Below, in pieces: positions 12,116 through 25,499 of a stretch of 64,000 nt of DNA. Under the pieces are notes generated by a model, which worked only from the letters and a program-made list of their open reading frames with translations, did no database searches and was not told the origin of the DNA. The position numbers and the translations under genes were made by a program. Within the stretch, counting starts at the first letter, position 1, and each line of letters starts with the position of its first letter. Source of the DNA: Adineta vaga (taxonomy: Eukaryota; Animalia; Rotifera); the NCBI GenBank assembly GCA_021613535.1, contig CP075494.1, positions 3,162,001 to 3,226,000 on the forward strand, in the 5' to 3' direction.

Positions 12116-15100
12116 TTAATCATCTTCAAGATGTGAATGTTGCATAATATAAACCTAAAAAAATGAAAAGAAATTATTTAAATTTATTTTCTATCTAGAT
12201 AAAGCGCACCAAATCAGATTGGTCCATTTGATAATTATAAGGTGGAAAATAGATAACAATACGTTTCTGATCATTAATCGACCGATCACCCTTCCAATTT
12301 GGATCATTTTCAAGTAAAACATTTAATAAACGATAAATACCCATAACTATTACATGATGATGATGAAGTGAATCACAAAATAATGAATTAAATGTTACTT
12401 TTTCTATCTAAATATAAAACATATGTTATATTCTTTCTGATCAATAAAATAATGGAATAAATACTTTCGTATCAATGTCAGGAATTAAATCACGAATATT
12501 AACCATATCTATTCGTGTTCGTTTACGTTTTCTCATTAATTCTGTTGATTCACATGGTGTAAATCTATTTCCTTCTGCTAAAATTTCTTCCAATTGTATA
12601 TCAATTCCACCAACAAGAATATTTCTCAAAAGATTCACTGTATTAACATTATAATACGTCTAAATGAAATTCATCTATTCATGATTGTTTCATAATATTT
12701 CTTTGAAAACTTACACAACTTAAAATACAATCCAAAACACTATCAGCAAATGCTGTACCTATTTTACGTTAAAAAAAAGAAGAAAAACCCGTAAGTAATC
12801 CAAAAAAAGACTGTTTATAAATGTTTTTTTCATTACCTGATGCAAATGGTGTAGTTAAAAAGAATTGAAGATCAACTTCATCAGTATAACCTTGTTCAAC
12901 ATATTGTACATTGGAATCGATTGCTAATAAATAAGATGAAAATATTCTTTCAAAACGAAGTTGATATTATATATTGAACTAGCGGAGATACCCGCTGCAA
13001 AGAGGACACAATTTACGTTTTTCATCTACAACAGTACTTTTCTCGGGTTTAGGACAGTTGCTCGCAGGACAGTTGCTCGTTATAACGTTTGTTCGCAAAT
13101 GGGGTAATCGTTAACTTTATTGATAGAATTCAGAACAAAATAAAATAACTAATTTAGATTTATGTAAAGACGACGAATGCTCATTAATTTTGAAAGATGA
13201 TTAGCGATAGTCAATCATTATAGTCGTATAAAAAGCTATATGGTTGCAGAACAGCTCATTTGAAGAATGGTCATGTCTGTTACTCTTGCAACAACTTCGA
13301 AAAACGCTCCTTTACTCATTCACAATGAATATTCTTATATTAAAGATCGAGAAAATGAGAAAAAGATACTATGGAAATATTCGTCGCTGGCGACAAGAAA
13401 CTAGTACAGCACTAATACCATTGAATATTAATTTCCCAATTATTCCAGATGAATTTTATCGAACAACACGTGATACATTGTTTCTTTGTATGGATACTGG
13501 TCCAAATTCTGATCGAATGTTAATTTTTCTTACTGACGAACAACGAGACATTATGGAAAATGCTACGGTAATTTTTTGCTACGTATTTATAAACTATTCC
13601 TTTTTTTTGGCAGGATTTCTTCATAGACGGGACCTTTAAAGTTGAACCAGAAGTTTTGTTTTCGAGTATTCATAATTCATGCTTTTTATCGTGATCATAT
13701 ATTCCCTGTATTATTTGTTCGTCTACCTAATTTTTGCGAGCAATTGTCCTAACGAGCAACTGTCCTTTCGAGCAAGTGTCCGAGCGAGCAAATGACCTAG
13801 CGAGCAAATGTCCGCGTGCAACTGTCCTGCGAGCAACTGACCGTCTCCCACTTTTCTCATCAACCACCAGACCTCTCCGTTGGTATTTACCCGTCGTGTA
13901 TCAAAAAACCCTCAAACCCTCCGTTCCTGTCCTGCCTCAGCTACTGTTATCCTTCAGGTCGCCACTCAACGCAAGTTACCTGTCTTTCACACGTCTTTCT
14001 CGTCCGTACTGAAATCCTCCTATATCCCTTTTCACGCATGCATCAGGTCTTTTTTTCAGAACTTTTCGCATCTCTTCATTAATTCTTTACTACTGGTCTT
14101 GTCTCGCTATGCATACGACATACAGCTCTGACCCTTTCAAAATTCACTCCCACCGTCCCGCTGCAACTCCAGTCCCATTTTACACCCACTCTCCCGTTGC
14201 AAATTCAGTCCCTCGGTAGATCTGCCTATTCTCAGACGCTCGCTGCAAGTCATACTCTAATTTATAAACTTCACTTCGACGCCATACAGTTAGAGTAGTA
14301 ATTTCACTCCAGATTCAGTTTTTTTGAGAAATCAAACCAAGCATTGAAGTTGTCCATCTTGGATGCAGACAACAACGCCTCAACCCCAACTCCTCGTTGA
14401 CTATTCTAACTCCATGTCGACCTTCCTCTGGACATAGGGAAGCATTATGGAAAGTTTGGTGACATTAGCTATTACAGGGACTGAATGCATAGCGGACAGA
14501 CAGACAGACAGACAAACTTTCTTCTTTATATATATAGATTACTGAGTGTTGTTAATGTATGAATCCAATTTTGACGCATAGTTTCTGATCTTGAATTATG
14601 TTGTGAAGGAAGAGCAACTTTTTTTAATTGAATTTGTCGTATTGTAAGAGCACATAATACAGATGATTTATCTGCTAAATATGCATCTAAATTTCCTTGA
14701 TCTAAAGTTGACATGATAACACATTGACGACAATTATGAATTGAAATTAATTTCAAATTATAAGGATTAATTGATGAACCCTATCGAATCGAAAAACAAA
14801 ATCATGAGACTGATTTGTTTTTTAATAGAAATATTTTACATTAAGAATATAAATATCTGGAAATGTTGATAAAGAATTCCATTCATTTTCAATATATGAT
14901 CGATCAGTAACAAATATAATTGCAGGAAATTCATTTCGTTGAACTGAACTTGATCGAAGTGGTAAAACAAAATTTCTTAAACCAATTATTATTGATGTTT
15001 GATCAGCATGAAGACAAACAATGATATCTATAGACATAAGAAAAATTAACAACAAATTCTTAACATTATCATACGAACGATTTCGAAAATAGACTGGATG

Positions 15101-18100
15101 TTTTAATAATTTCTTTTCTTCTTCTGGAATATTTGATGATTCATCATATTTATTTTGATACATTCGAAGTATATCTGTATCCTATTGTATATTAAAAGAA
15201 AATTATTTTTATCTTAATCAAGATAATAAATATATACAAGAATAGCTTCTTCAATACTTCGCGGTGGGATAAAATAGAACATTCCCGTAGAATCAAAGTT
15301 AGATAGATCTTCCTTTGACAATCTAAGTACGATAAAATAAAATATTTTCTTGATTTTTACTTTTATAATTTACATTTTACAATGATTTCGACATGATGAT
15401 TGAATTTGTTCAGATGATGATGAGATAAATGGTTGAATGAGTTCAGTATTGATCAATTCACTAATTAAAAATATAGAATAAAAGAATTTTATTATTTAAT
15501 TCAATAACTTACATAATCGAATGTTCATTTGTACGAGAACTAAATGATTCTTTAAGAAAATCTTGTTTTTTACCGATTTTATTCACTAAATACTTTCTTC
15601 AATTAATAAATTGAATTCAAATTTAAATAAATGACTTACTATGAATACATTTTCTTATTTGTTTCAATTGTATTTCAGTAATATTATCAAGTATTGGATA
15701 ACAAACTGAACAATAATATTTAACTCTATTAGAAAATTCATTTATTTAATCAATTTATAAAAAACAAATATCCATTAAAACAAACCTATTCGCTTCTTCA
15801 TTTGACATACAAACAAGATATGCTCGAGTTCCACGTAAAATTACAGAATTATCACATGAAATAAAATCAATAACCATTCGTTTATTACCATTATGATCTA
15901 TTCGTTCCATTTCCACAGCAAGAAGCATAACACGAAGTTTAAAACAAATTCTATATCATAAAAATATTTCATAGAACTTTCTAAGAGATCATTTCGACAT
16001 ACAAAACACTTTCAATAAATGATTTTCCATGAAAAGAAGATGGCATTTCTTCAAGATATAATTTCATTCCAGCACCTCGATAATATAAATCACGCCATGG
16101 CCATATTTGTGTCTAAAATTCTAGTATAAAAGTAATATTTTATCTATATTAAACTGTACCTTTTGCTCACGTGTTCGTACATCATATGATGACATTCGAA
16201 AGATATTTGTCATCTATAAAACAATAGAAATATAAAATAGAATTTATTGAAGAATTATTACCATTGTAGCAAATCCAGGAACAACACATGACATACCAAT
16301 AAGACCAAGTTTCAATTCAGAAATACAAATAATTTCATCATTATTTACACTCCAACCAGGAACTGAAGTAACTTTTAACTAAGAATAAAAGAAATTTTAA
16401 TTCAAAAAACAAAAATCTTTCTTTTGATGAAATTCATTCAACTTTATTAATATGTAGAAGTAATTGTAATAGAATACGAATACGATGATTGAAATTCTTT
16501 AAACTAATCACTCGCATGATATTCGCTGAATCATCACCATTAGGATCTGCACATTCTTTATTAGCAATAATTAAACATGCTGTTGCTTTATCAACCTTCA
16601 AATAAACAATGAATAAAAATTCATTTTCAAAATCTATTCAAATTTACTTGTATACGTTGTAAATCATTAACATTCATAATACTTCCAACAAAGTAATGTA
16701 ATTTTGTATAATATCGTTTAAGTAAAGCTTCCATTTCGATATCAGGTGTTTTCCTTTTGAATATGAAAATAAAACTCTAATAGAAATGTTAAGATATTTT
16801 ACTAATATAACATACATATCCACGATAATAACATCGAGGTCATTAACTTCATCACGACCTTGATGAAGAAAATCGCGAAGAAATGCTGATAATGAATGAA
16901 GTGTAATATAACCACAAATAATGACATGACGTTTTCCTTTAACTCTCAAATATCGACCAGAATATGAATCTTTTAAACTAAATAAAGTTGCAAATTCCGG
17001 AATCATTGTAGAAAATACAGCCTAAATAGACAAATCTTGACAAATAATTTCAAATTGAAAATAATACAAACACTTGTTAATCCACCAATAAGAGTTAATA
17101 ATACAAAAGTTTTAGCAATATATGTTTTACAAGAAATATCACCATAACCAACCTAAAATATAATAAAGAAATGTTCATTTTTCTAATTATTATTCTCATA
17201 CTGTTGTTAGAGTGATAATCATAAAATATAAAGCATCGAAAATATTCAGTTTTTGTGAATTACAAAAATTACAAAAGAAATCTCCTGAATTTTCTGCTAA
17301 ATGAACAGCACCAGCAGTTGCAAACCAAATAACAATGAATTTTGATGTTAACTGAACAATTCGAATTGTTCGAGGTCGTTCAATAACACTCATATATTGT
17401 AATAAATTTGGAAGATTTTTCAAAGGTACAACACGTAAAAATCGTAAACCTATCCAATTACGATTCAAAGAAAAACCCATCAATGACGGTGTAATGGTGA
17501 ATATATCAACGAGACTATATAAACTAAACCAATATCGTCCTTTATGTGATGCAGCAGCAAACTAAAAAAAAGTAGAAAAATAAAAAGAAAAGAAAAAGAT
17601 TTAACAATATACTCGAAGAATAAAATGAACGAGAAAGACAAAGTTAAGACCAAGATCAATTTGCATATTAATAGAATTATAAAAGTCTGTACAAGTTTCA
17701 ACATATCTAAATCAAAACATAAATCAAATAAAGAATAGAATCGTATAAAAATAATTTACGAATCCTTCTGTGTATCAATACAATATAAAATTAATGAAAC
17801 GATACTGCAAAGAAAAATGCTGATGACCTGAAAATAAAATCAAAGAATGATTATAAATAAAATATTTTTAAAAATCTAACAAATGTTTTGCCCATTTTTG
17901 TTTGTCCTGAAATCAAACTATTTTCCCAATCTTTCATATCATTTAACCAATTCGATGTACTATCATCATAATCATTATTATCAAGAACTTGTCGTTCTCG
18001 AGAATAAGAAACATTTTTTGTTCTTGAAGGTAATTTTCTATGTTGATATTTATCGAATAAATTTTGAAATAATTCAAAAATTAAAATAATTATCCATCCT

Positions 18101-18216
18101 CCAATGAGTACAGCACATGATGATAAAAGAAATATTATCCACATTCGTTTTCCATCACATACTGGATCGAGATTTTTGTTTGCAACATCTGCAGAACAAG
18201 TTGCACAATTACCCAT
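12116..18216 (-). CDS. Slo/BK-family potassium channel alpha subunit, divergent; more than 20 exons
   Basis: S0 region, RNWIGLRFLR (S4), TLTTV|GYGD pore, HVIICG (RCK1), TPFASG (RCK2), last exon VYIMQHSHLEDD*. Confidence 0.9.
12979..14538 (-). mobile_element. Non-autonomous Helitron in intron 12924-14542 of the Slo gene
   Basis: Minus strand: A|TCTATATATATAAAG...(GTCT)n microsatellite ... GC-rich palindrome gcgggtatctccg-CTAG|T. Removing it leaves a normal 59-bp intron. Confidence 0.85.
13045..13849 (+). mobile_element. Internally deleted MULE/Mutator (Phantom-like) element nested in the Helitron
   Basis: Perfect 9-bp TSD ACTTTTCTC at 13036-13044 and 13850-13858. GGG...CCC ends with inverted tandem ggacagttgctcgc units. 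Transposase relic DFFIDGTFKVEPE..IIHAFYRDHIFPV. Confidence 0.9.
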
Positions 18217-19339
18217 TTATATCGTTTTATAAAATAATTATATGCAGCAAATATGTTTATTTTGACGCTATTTCTTCGTACAGAAAATAAATGATAATGA
18301 AGTGCAGTATTATAAATGCATAGTATATTTTCGTTCTTTTTCTAAAATCAATAAAGAATGAGATAAAAAAATCACTCTTTTTGTTTTCTTGTGTTCTATT
18401 TTTATTAAATACCCCTAGGCAAAACACATCGTGTTGATTGACTAATGGAATAGGTATACATTGTACATGTATAAAACTTCATTTCTTTCTTTTATTGATT
18501 TAGATATCATTAACACATTATTTTTTTGTACTTAAAATACTATAGCTATCAATTTCTATTTACATGCAATTGTTTCATTCTCTATATCAATCAAGGATAA
18601 AGTCTAAAATTGACGAATAAACACAATTTGTTTCAATTCATCCGGTGTTCTATAAACACTTTTACTGTATCGTTTCGAGATATTGGTGATGTTGATTTCA
18701 TTTGTAATGTATTGTGTCAACCAATCATACTAACTGATTTCTATAAATAATATTGAAGAAGTATCAGAATTTTATTCGTAATACATTCGAAAGACAAGCT
18801 ATATATCTATGCTTGTACTATATCCGATTCATACCTTGGTATTCATAGACAATTCTTTGATCAGTTATGGGATAAATGAGATTTCGAACATGTATTATCG
18901 AAATTATTGTAGTAATCAGTTGAAAACAAACTGGACAAAGTAAATCACAAATGCCATTCCAGTATCATTCTCAATAGGGAAACAAACAGAAACATTGTTT
19001 ATCGAATAACGATGGTATTGAACAGTGTTATCACGTATTTGAATAATTACTTGAATTATTCACAAGGAAAAATGATACCTGAATGATCATAATAAACAAA
19101 TTGAAGTAAATCATATTCTTGAATGTAATTCTAGTATATTCAGATGTGCAAAAGTTTGCAGAAGATGAATTTCGGTGCATAAACATTTTTCAACAAGGGT
19201 ATAAAAGAACGAAGATTTTATAATATCTCATATAGAGCGACTGAATTTATCCGATTTCTCTTTGACGTTCTCAACATACAGATACTTTTCCCGAGTGTAT
19301 GCATATTCAAATAAAATTCTTATAATTATTCAATGGAAT

Positions 19340-20119
19340 TTATAATTTTTGTTTTATAATTTCAATACATCGTTTTATGTTTATGATATAAGAATGATTT
19401 TCAAGCGATGATATTATAAAAATGTTTAAAGCTCGTTTAAAATATGAAAGAGATCTTGGATATTGCCCTATCTGTCCATACAATCCACCAATATTGCAGT
19501 AAACATTTGTCAAGGTAGGATGATTTGAAGGAAGAGTATTTTGGAATATTTCAAGTGCTTTTTCATGACACCAAAGAGCTTTTTGATAATTCTCTTGAAA
19601 ATCTTTAACATAAACAAGTTGACTGTAATAAAGAGTTTTCAATAAATTTCCTAATCGTTGCCATCCTGTATATTCTGCAGCTTGTTGTTTAATACGTTCA
19701 GTAAGTATACGACGTTGTTCATCATTATCAGCAGTCAGTTGAAGTTCTACTTAATAAAGTTCCTTTTTATCATTAATTTGTTTAATTTTAGTGATACGAA
19801 AAATCGTATGTATACAGAAAAGAATTTCTTTGTTTGAAAATAACAAACTTCTTTAACATCAGCAAATGGAGATGATGAAACAGATATATCAACAGACATT
19901 TTAAAAAGTATGCCAATCATGTTCGGTTTTAACAAAGCATCTTGAGCAAAACTAAGAGATATTTCTCGTTTTGTACTAGTAGATAAGAAATTATTTACAG
20001 ATATTAAACCATCTTGTGTTTTTAAAAGTTTTTCAAAATCTGTTTTTAATAAACCTTGTTCTCTATATACTATAAGATATGTATCTTTGTAATTACTAAT
20101 CTGTTTTGAATGTAATTAA
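19340..20119 (-). pseudogene. ART + TPR gene remnant
   Basis: VYREQG, NNFLSTS, frameshifted EEILF region, then TPRs (YQKALWCHEKALEI..PSNHPTL). Contains stops; the 5' part is lost at the MITE. Confidence 0.8.
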
Positions 20120-20420
20120 TAGGGGTCTAACAAATCTTAGTGAAGATTTACGTTTGGATTTGGGTCTAAAATAGTAATGAAACTAGGGTTAATGTGGAAG
20201 AAGTTTACCTCTCGATGCAAACACTTTAGTTCTTTCAAGAAGATGCAATACTTTTTGTAATTTATGTGAGCTTTTTATAAGAAAGTTTTAGCAGAAATGG
20301 AACTATTGTTACATTTGTTACTTATTTGATGTTTAGCTTCTAGTGTCTATCGATTTGTCTTATTCATCTGATACCCAGAACTAAACCCAAATCCAAATCT
20401 TTAGAATTGTTGCACCCCTA
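20120..20420. mobile_element. hAT-like MITE related to 10183-10583, no TSD
   Basis: Left end taggggtctaacaaatct..tttggatttgggt; right end (reverse complement) taggggtgcaacaattct..tttggatttgggt. Flanks gtaattaa and aacaagag do not match. Confidence 0.7.
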
Positions 20421-21193
20421 AACAAGAGATTGTGTTTCATCCATATGCTAATTTTACTATTCAAGCTGGAACAAGTTGTTAAAGTTCAGATATTTATAAA
20501 CATTGTCCATGGTGGAAAAATCCAGGAAGTGATGAAAAACATATTGAAGATTTTCATAATTCTAATTTACATTGTTCCATTCCTCGATATGAATATGCAA
20601 CAGCTAATGAATTTCTTGCTATGGTTAGTCAGATGCAAAAATCAATGAATGTCAATACTAATAGTATTCTCCAATGGTGGACAATTGTCGATTCACATTT
20701 TGTCTTCGAAAGTCATTTGCCACAATTGATTTCTCTTGATTATATCGATAATGTTTGTACGCCAAAGAATTTATTTGAATCATTAAGTGCTGATGCTCAA
20801 CGTGCAGCTAAAATTGTTTTCAAAGATACATTGACTTTAAATGATCATTTAATTGATCTCAGTGTTATTACAGCATGTGGCACATTATCACTCGATTATA
20901 CACGAAAATCGTATTTAAAATACACTTTGGAGAAAAGTATCGAAAAAATTTATGAAAAGATTGATTCTAATGGTAAAAATCAATTCAATCTACGATGTTT
21001 GATTTGTTATATTGCTGAAAAACCTTCGTCAGAAAGAGATGATTATCATGATAAATATTCATGTCTTAATATTGGTCATCCTCATCAATATTTTAATTAT
21101 GTTCATAATAGTAAATCTAAAGCAAAATCAAATTTTTCTATCGTGGTTGTAATACAGATGATTTTTAACTTTTCGTTTAAAATTAAATCATAA
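20421..21193 (+). pseudogene. Internal fragment of an unidentified protein gene
   Basis: Reading frame starts at the MITE edge (EIVFHPYANF..), has one in-frame stop and continues into ORF 20621-21193. Family not recognised. Confidence 0.5.
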
Positions 21194-21245
21194 AACAGGT
21201 AAAACAACATTATCACATACAGGTTCTGATGGAATTTATAATCAT

Positions 21246-21314
21246 CTTGAGGGTGTGGGTGGATGTGGGTTAAGAGTATAGCCTGACCCACACCTACACC
21301 CACACCCATTCTCA
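21246..21314. repeat. Telomere-like mini-palindrome (best-preserved copy)
   Basis: cttgagggtgtgggtggatgtgggtt-aagagtatagcct-gacccacacctacacccacacccattctca. Confidence 0.85.
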
Positions 21315-21885
21315 GTTTGGTCTCGAATTTGATATTCGTGCACTTTTACTTGTTCAATTTATTTAAAAGCACAATTCATAATGAATAGCAATAATAGGTA
21401 AAAATGTTCAATGTGAATTTGGGGGAAATCGAAAAATGGTAGAACGAAAATTAATCTACGTCTATATGAAAATAATCGACTCAATTGAAAATACAATAAC
21501 CTTTGCACTGTATTTTACTGTTCATATAAATTAAATAATATTAGAACAAGAGTATAAAGGAAAGTAATCTATAAATTACATAACCTTCTCAAAACGAAAG
21601 CTTCGTCGATGAAATAAAGTAATTATACGCCATAGATTACTGGAAAGGGGCTTAGAAATTCTACTGAATGTCTATTATTTATGAGAAGCTAATTTATAAG
21701 AAACTAATAATTTTATGTTTCTTATACATGACACTATAGTGGTATATTAGTTTCTATGTGCAATTGAATTTAAATTTAGCTATTCTTCATATAATAAATA
21801 GATTTCAGAAATAAAAATCTGTCGATTATTTTCATATAGATATAGACTAATTTTCGTTCTATCATTCTTCTTAAACTTGTTGATT

Positions 21886-22182
21886 TCATTGATTTCCGTT
21901 CGGCAATGGTTCAGCTAAATATGAATTAGTGAATAATAAGTATACGTTTAAGAAAACATGGTACATACGACGATAATGAATCTCCTTTGGTGGTCTTAAT
22001 AAAAGACCAGCCCCAATTCCCAATCCTATTGCGGCAAGACCGGCTCCTAAACAATAACCTGCTACTCTGGTGCCATCGCCGAGGCTGCTCGCTGCACTTG
22101 TGATACCACCTGCGATATTTTCTCCTGCATCTTTTATTCCAGATTCAACATGCAAAGTGTCAAAGTTCAAATAAAATTTCAC
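21886..22182 (-). CDS. Exon of a small Gly/Ala-rich membrane protein
   Basis: GYCLGAGLAAIGLGIGAGLLL glycine-zipper-like helix; exon boundaries uncertain. Confidence 0.45.
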   Translation of the reverse strand: MKFYLNFDTLHVESGIKDAGENIAGGITSAASSLGDGTRVAGYCLGAGLAAIGLGIGAGLLLRPPKEIHYRRMYHVFLNVYLLFTNSYLAEPLPNGNQ

Positions 22183-22244
22183 TAAAAAAATCAGAATTAA
22201 TTTAATCTTTTATAAGTTTTCATATATTTATATACTCAATTCTC

Positions 22245-22287
22245 AGAAGGGTGTGGGTGTGAGATAAGAGTATAGCCTCATCTGCAG
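22245..22287. repeat. Telomere-like mini-palindrome (left arm + core)
   Basis: agaagggtgtgggtgtgagat-aagagtatagcct-catctgcag; the 13-nt core is identical to that of the 21246 copy. Confidence 0.8.
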
Positions 22288-23848
22288 ATTATATTTATTG
22301 ATTACTCACGATCTGGGTTATTACAACTATCATAACATCAACATTTATGTTTTAATAAATTGAAAAAAGGATATCGATTTGTTAATCAATCATAAATATA
22401 TTTCATTTATTATTATTGATAATACTCACTCTTTGTTTGAATATTTGAAAGTATGTTTTGTGTGATTCGCTCTACCAGATCAATTCGTTCTTCTGTTTGA
22501 TTCTGAAAGAACACAATAAAATTTCATTGTTTATGTCTTTTTCTTAATGTAAGAGTCAGATGGCGCGGTAAATGTATGATCAAATGGAGCAATATTCTCT
22601 ATTATATACATTTCTGCTTTTAATGACTATATTTATTCAATAGGAAGAGAAGAAATTACTTTGTTTTTTTCACGTAGCATTCATATAGGAAAAATAATCT
22701 CGTGATTGACTAATATATTTAAAAAAATAATAATACAACGGAAACTGTCATTTTGTCACTTTTTTCTTTCTTCGTATGAGATCCTATTGAACAAAGAAAA
22801 AGTTTAAATTCAAATTTTTTTCCATCGGAATAATGTTGTGTTTGTCTAGTTGTTTTTTTGAAGAAAAACATGTTCTTTCTAGTAAAATCTATTAAGCAAT
22901 CTAAACTCGTTTATGTTCTATATTTTAGTATCTTCATCATGATCTAGAAAATGTTACTGGATATTAATATAGAATGTGCATATAATGTTTCTTCCTATTC
23001 TAATAATATCAGAAATTAATAGCAAATTCACGAAACGAAAATGAACAATTAGATAATATTGCACAAGAATATCTGATTCGACTATTCAATAGTGATTCTT
23101 TATTTAGTTCATATTTTACAGAGTGTATTAAGTTTTCTAGAAATCAAAAAATAAGTTTATAAAAACGATCACTGATTACTACAATGATATTTACTGTAGA
23201 AAAGTATCATCAATCTGCGAACAATTCAATAATACAAGTAACACAGACGGTCGAAGAACTTTAAACTAGGTGCAGCTCAAAAATTCTCAGATGATTATAC
23301 TAAATCTTGTAAAAAAAATTCGCATCATATCATACCTAATCACCTCTTTTCAACAATATCGTAATTCCAATGAATTCTGTATCTAATAGCTGTTTTGGAT
23401 TTTGTGTCAGTTGATTATGGCAATTTTCCAGTCAAACGTATAAGAAGATAATAGTTAATTCGTTTATTATGTCTAAAGAAATTGTATCTATACTGTATTT
23501 TCTTTGTCATTATATAGAACTCAGAAAATATAGTATTACGCTACAGAAAAACAAACTCAACAGATAACCAAAAAGGCTATATGTGTCATTAGATGTGATG
23601 AGAGACAATAAGACAAAAGTATCTGCCTATAATAAGCTCTTCGAAAGAGAGACAGAGAGAGTCCGTATCATATACGATGAGAAACAATAATGTATCGCGC
23701 ATAAACAAGAAGAGGAAAGAGGAAAGATTTATTTCTATTGCACTGAAACTTTCAATTTAATTGTAACGTTCAACTAGAGAAATGAAACAATACATAGTAA
23801 AAGAAGAGTATGGTTTATTTTTTGAAAAAAGAAAAAAAGAAAAAAAAT

Positions 23849-24982
23849 TTAATACGTAACACACATATTATCAATAGCAAATTGTATGCCTGTCAAATTT
23901 GGACAGAATGATGATGCAGTAAAAGTATCAATTCCCGACCAATTTAATTCAATTAAACTTCTATTATACATATACAATCTTTCACTTTTTGCATGCAAAA
24001 CTGTTCCAGAATAAGTTCCAGTCATATTCAATATTAATCCATCACACCAAGATGCACAAATTAAAAATCTATTCATTGTAAATTTTATTCCACTTGATAA
24101 ACTTCTCATAATAAGACTTCCTGTTGACCATAAAATCATCTGACCACTACATAAAACTGAATGATATCCACTATTATTATTATATAAATAACCGTTCATA
24201 TATCTTCCTTCTGTCCAATTAAAATTTCCATATGTTGTCGTAATTATACTCGAACTATTTGGTAATGTATCAAAATCAAGTAGAGTTTCACCTGATGCAC
24301 AAACTAAAAACAAAATAATTCATTTTGAAATAAAGATAAGCATCAGGTTTACTAACCACCACTCGCACAAGAACCTGATACAGCTGTTGTACCTTGAATA
24401 ATTTCATTAAAAGATAAAAATAGCAAAGAAATTTCTTTACTTGTTGTTGAACTTGTCTCTGTTATAACACTTGTTGCACCTGTGGCTGCTGTTGAAGTGG
24501 TCGTTTCTAAATTTGATTTTAATCGGATTTATAAAAATATATTTTTAGAAAACTAATGTACCAATCGGTTTTAACCATATTGTTATGATAACAGCTAGAG
24601 CAATACTTCCGATTAATACTCCAAGAAGTAATGCAAGGAAGAAGAATTTCCATTCTTTTGAAGAAATTTTAGTAACAGCATTAGTTGATCTACAAAAATA
24701 GAAATAAATTTCAAATTTAATTATGATGATTACAAAGATACTTTGGTTGATTTTGTGTTAAATATTGTTGTTGTAAAAGACTATTTTGATTTCCATTGGT
24801 TTTCTAAAAAACAAATAATTATAGATTTATTCTTCCAATGATGCATATTTGTTACCATTGTACGCCTCGTGAGATGAATTTTTGTCGTGTGAACGAGAAA
24901 ATGAATTTCTTTTGTATTTATTTTTTATGTTTTCTGCAGCATTTCTACGGAATATCTTCGTTTTTTTTCTTGTTAAGAACAT
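23849..24982 (-). CDS. Type II membrane protein: basic N-terminus, TM helix, Thr-rich stalk, C-terminal beta-rich domain; multi-exon
   Basis: ATG at 24982; TM FFFLALLLGVLIGSIALAVIITIW; last exon LLDFDTL..YGNFNW..SGY..ASWCDGL..LNWSGID..FAIDN. Confidence 0.72.
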
Positions 24983-25499
24983 TGAAATAATTCGAAATTA
25001 TCTTGAAAATAATACAAAATGTCCTCATTTTTATTTTATCTAATTAATATTTGAATACAAATGAATAGAGTTCGTTCTACTAATGATTTCTTTTGTTATG
25101 AAAGCTTTTTTGAAAGGATTCAAGAAACAATGTAACTGGTATTGAATAATCAATAATTTTCAAAGGTTTTATTCCATATGAGAGAAATCCGAATGAGTTA
25201 ATTTTACATAATTATAAATTAATAAGAGAATATGTCGGTTTGCATCATTATTATTACATTTGTTTCTACTTGAGATTTCCATATTGTAAATTGAACAAGA
25301 TGATTTTAGATATGAAAAAAATTTCATTATTCATTATCTCACATTTGATAAATAATCTTTCATTGAATTCAAAGTAATTGATAAGTAGATTTTCAAGCGA
25401 GGATAACCTTTTCTTTATTATCAAATGCTGATTTAATTAAGAAAATATTTTACAGTAAAAAAAACACTCAAAGTCAGTTTGCTTTGATGAATTAAATTT

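Noticed and set aside
13734-14131. Three overlapping ORFs and a 15-bp repeat array resembling a CRISPR
   Set aside because: The repeats are contiguous MULE subterminal units with no unique spacers and no cas genes; the ORFs are by-products of GC-richer transposon DNA.
21103-21309. ORF beginning MGVGVGVG
   Set aside because: Translation of the telomere-like palindrome.
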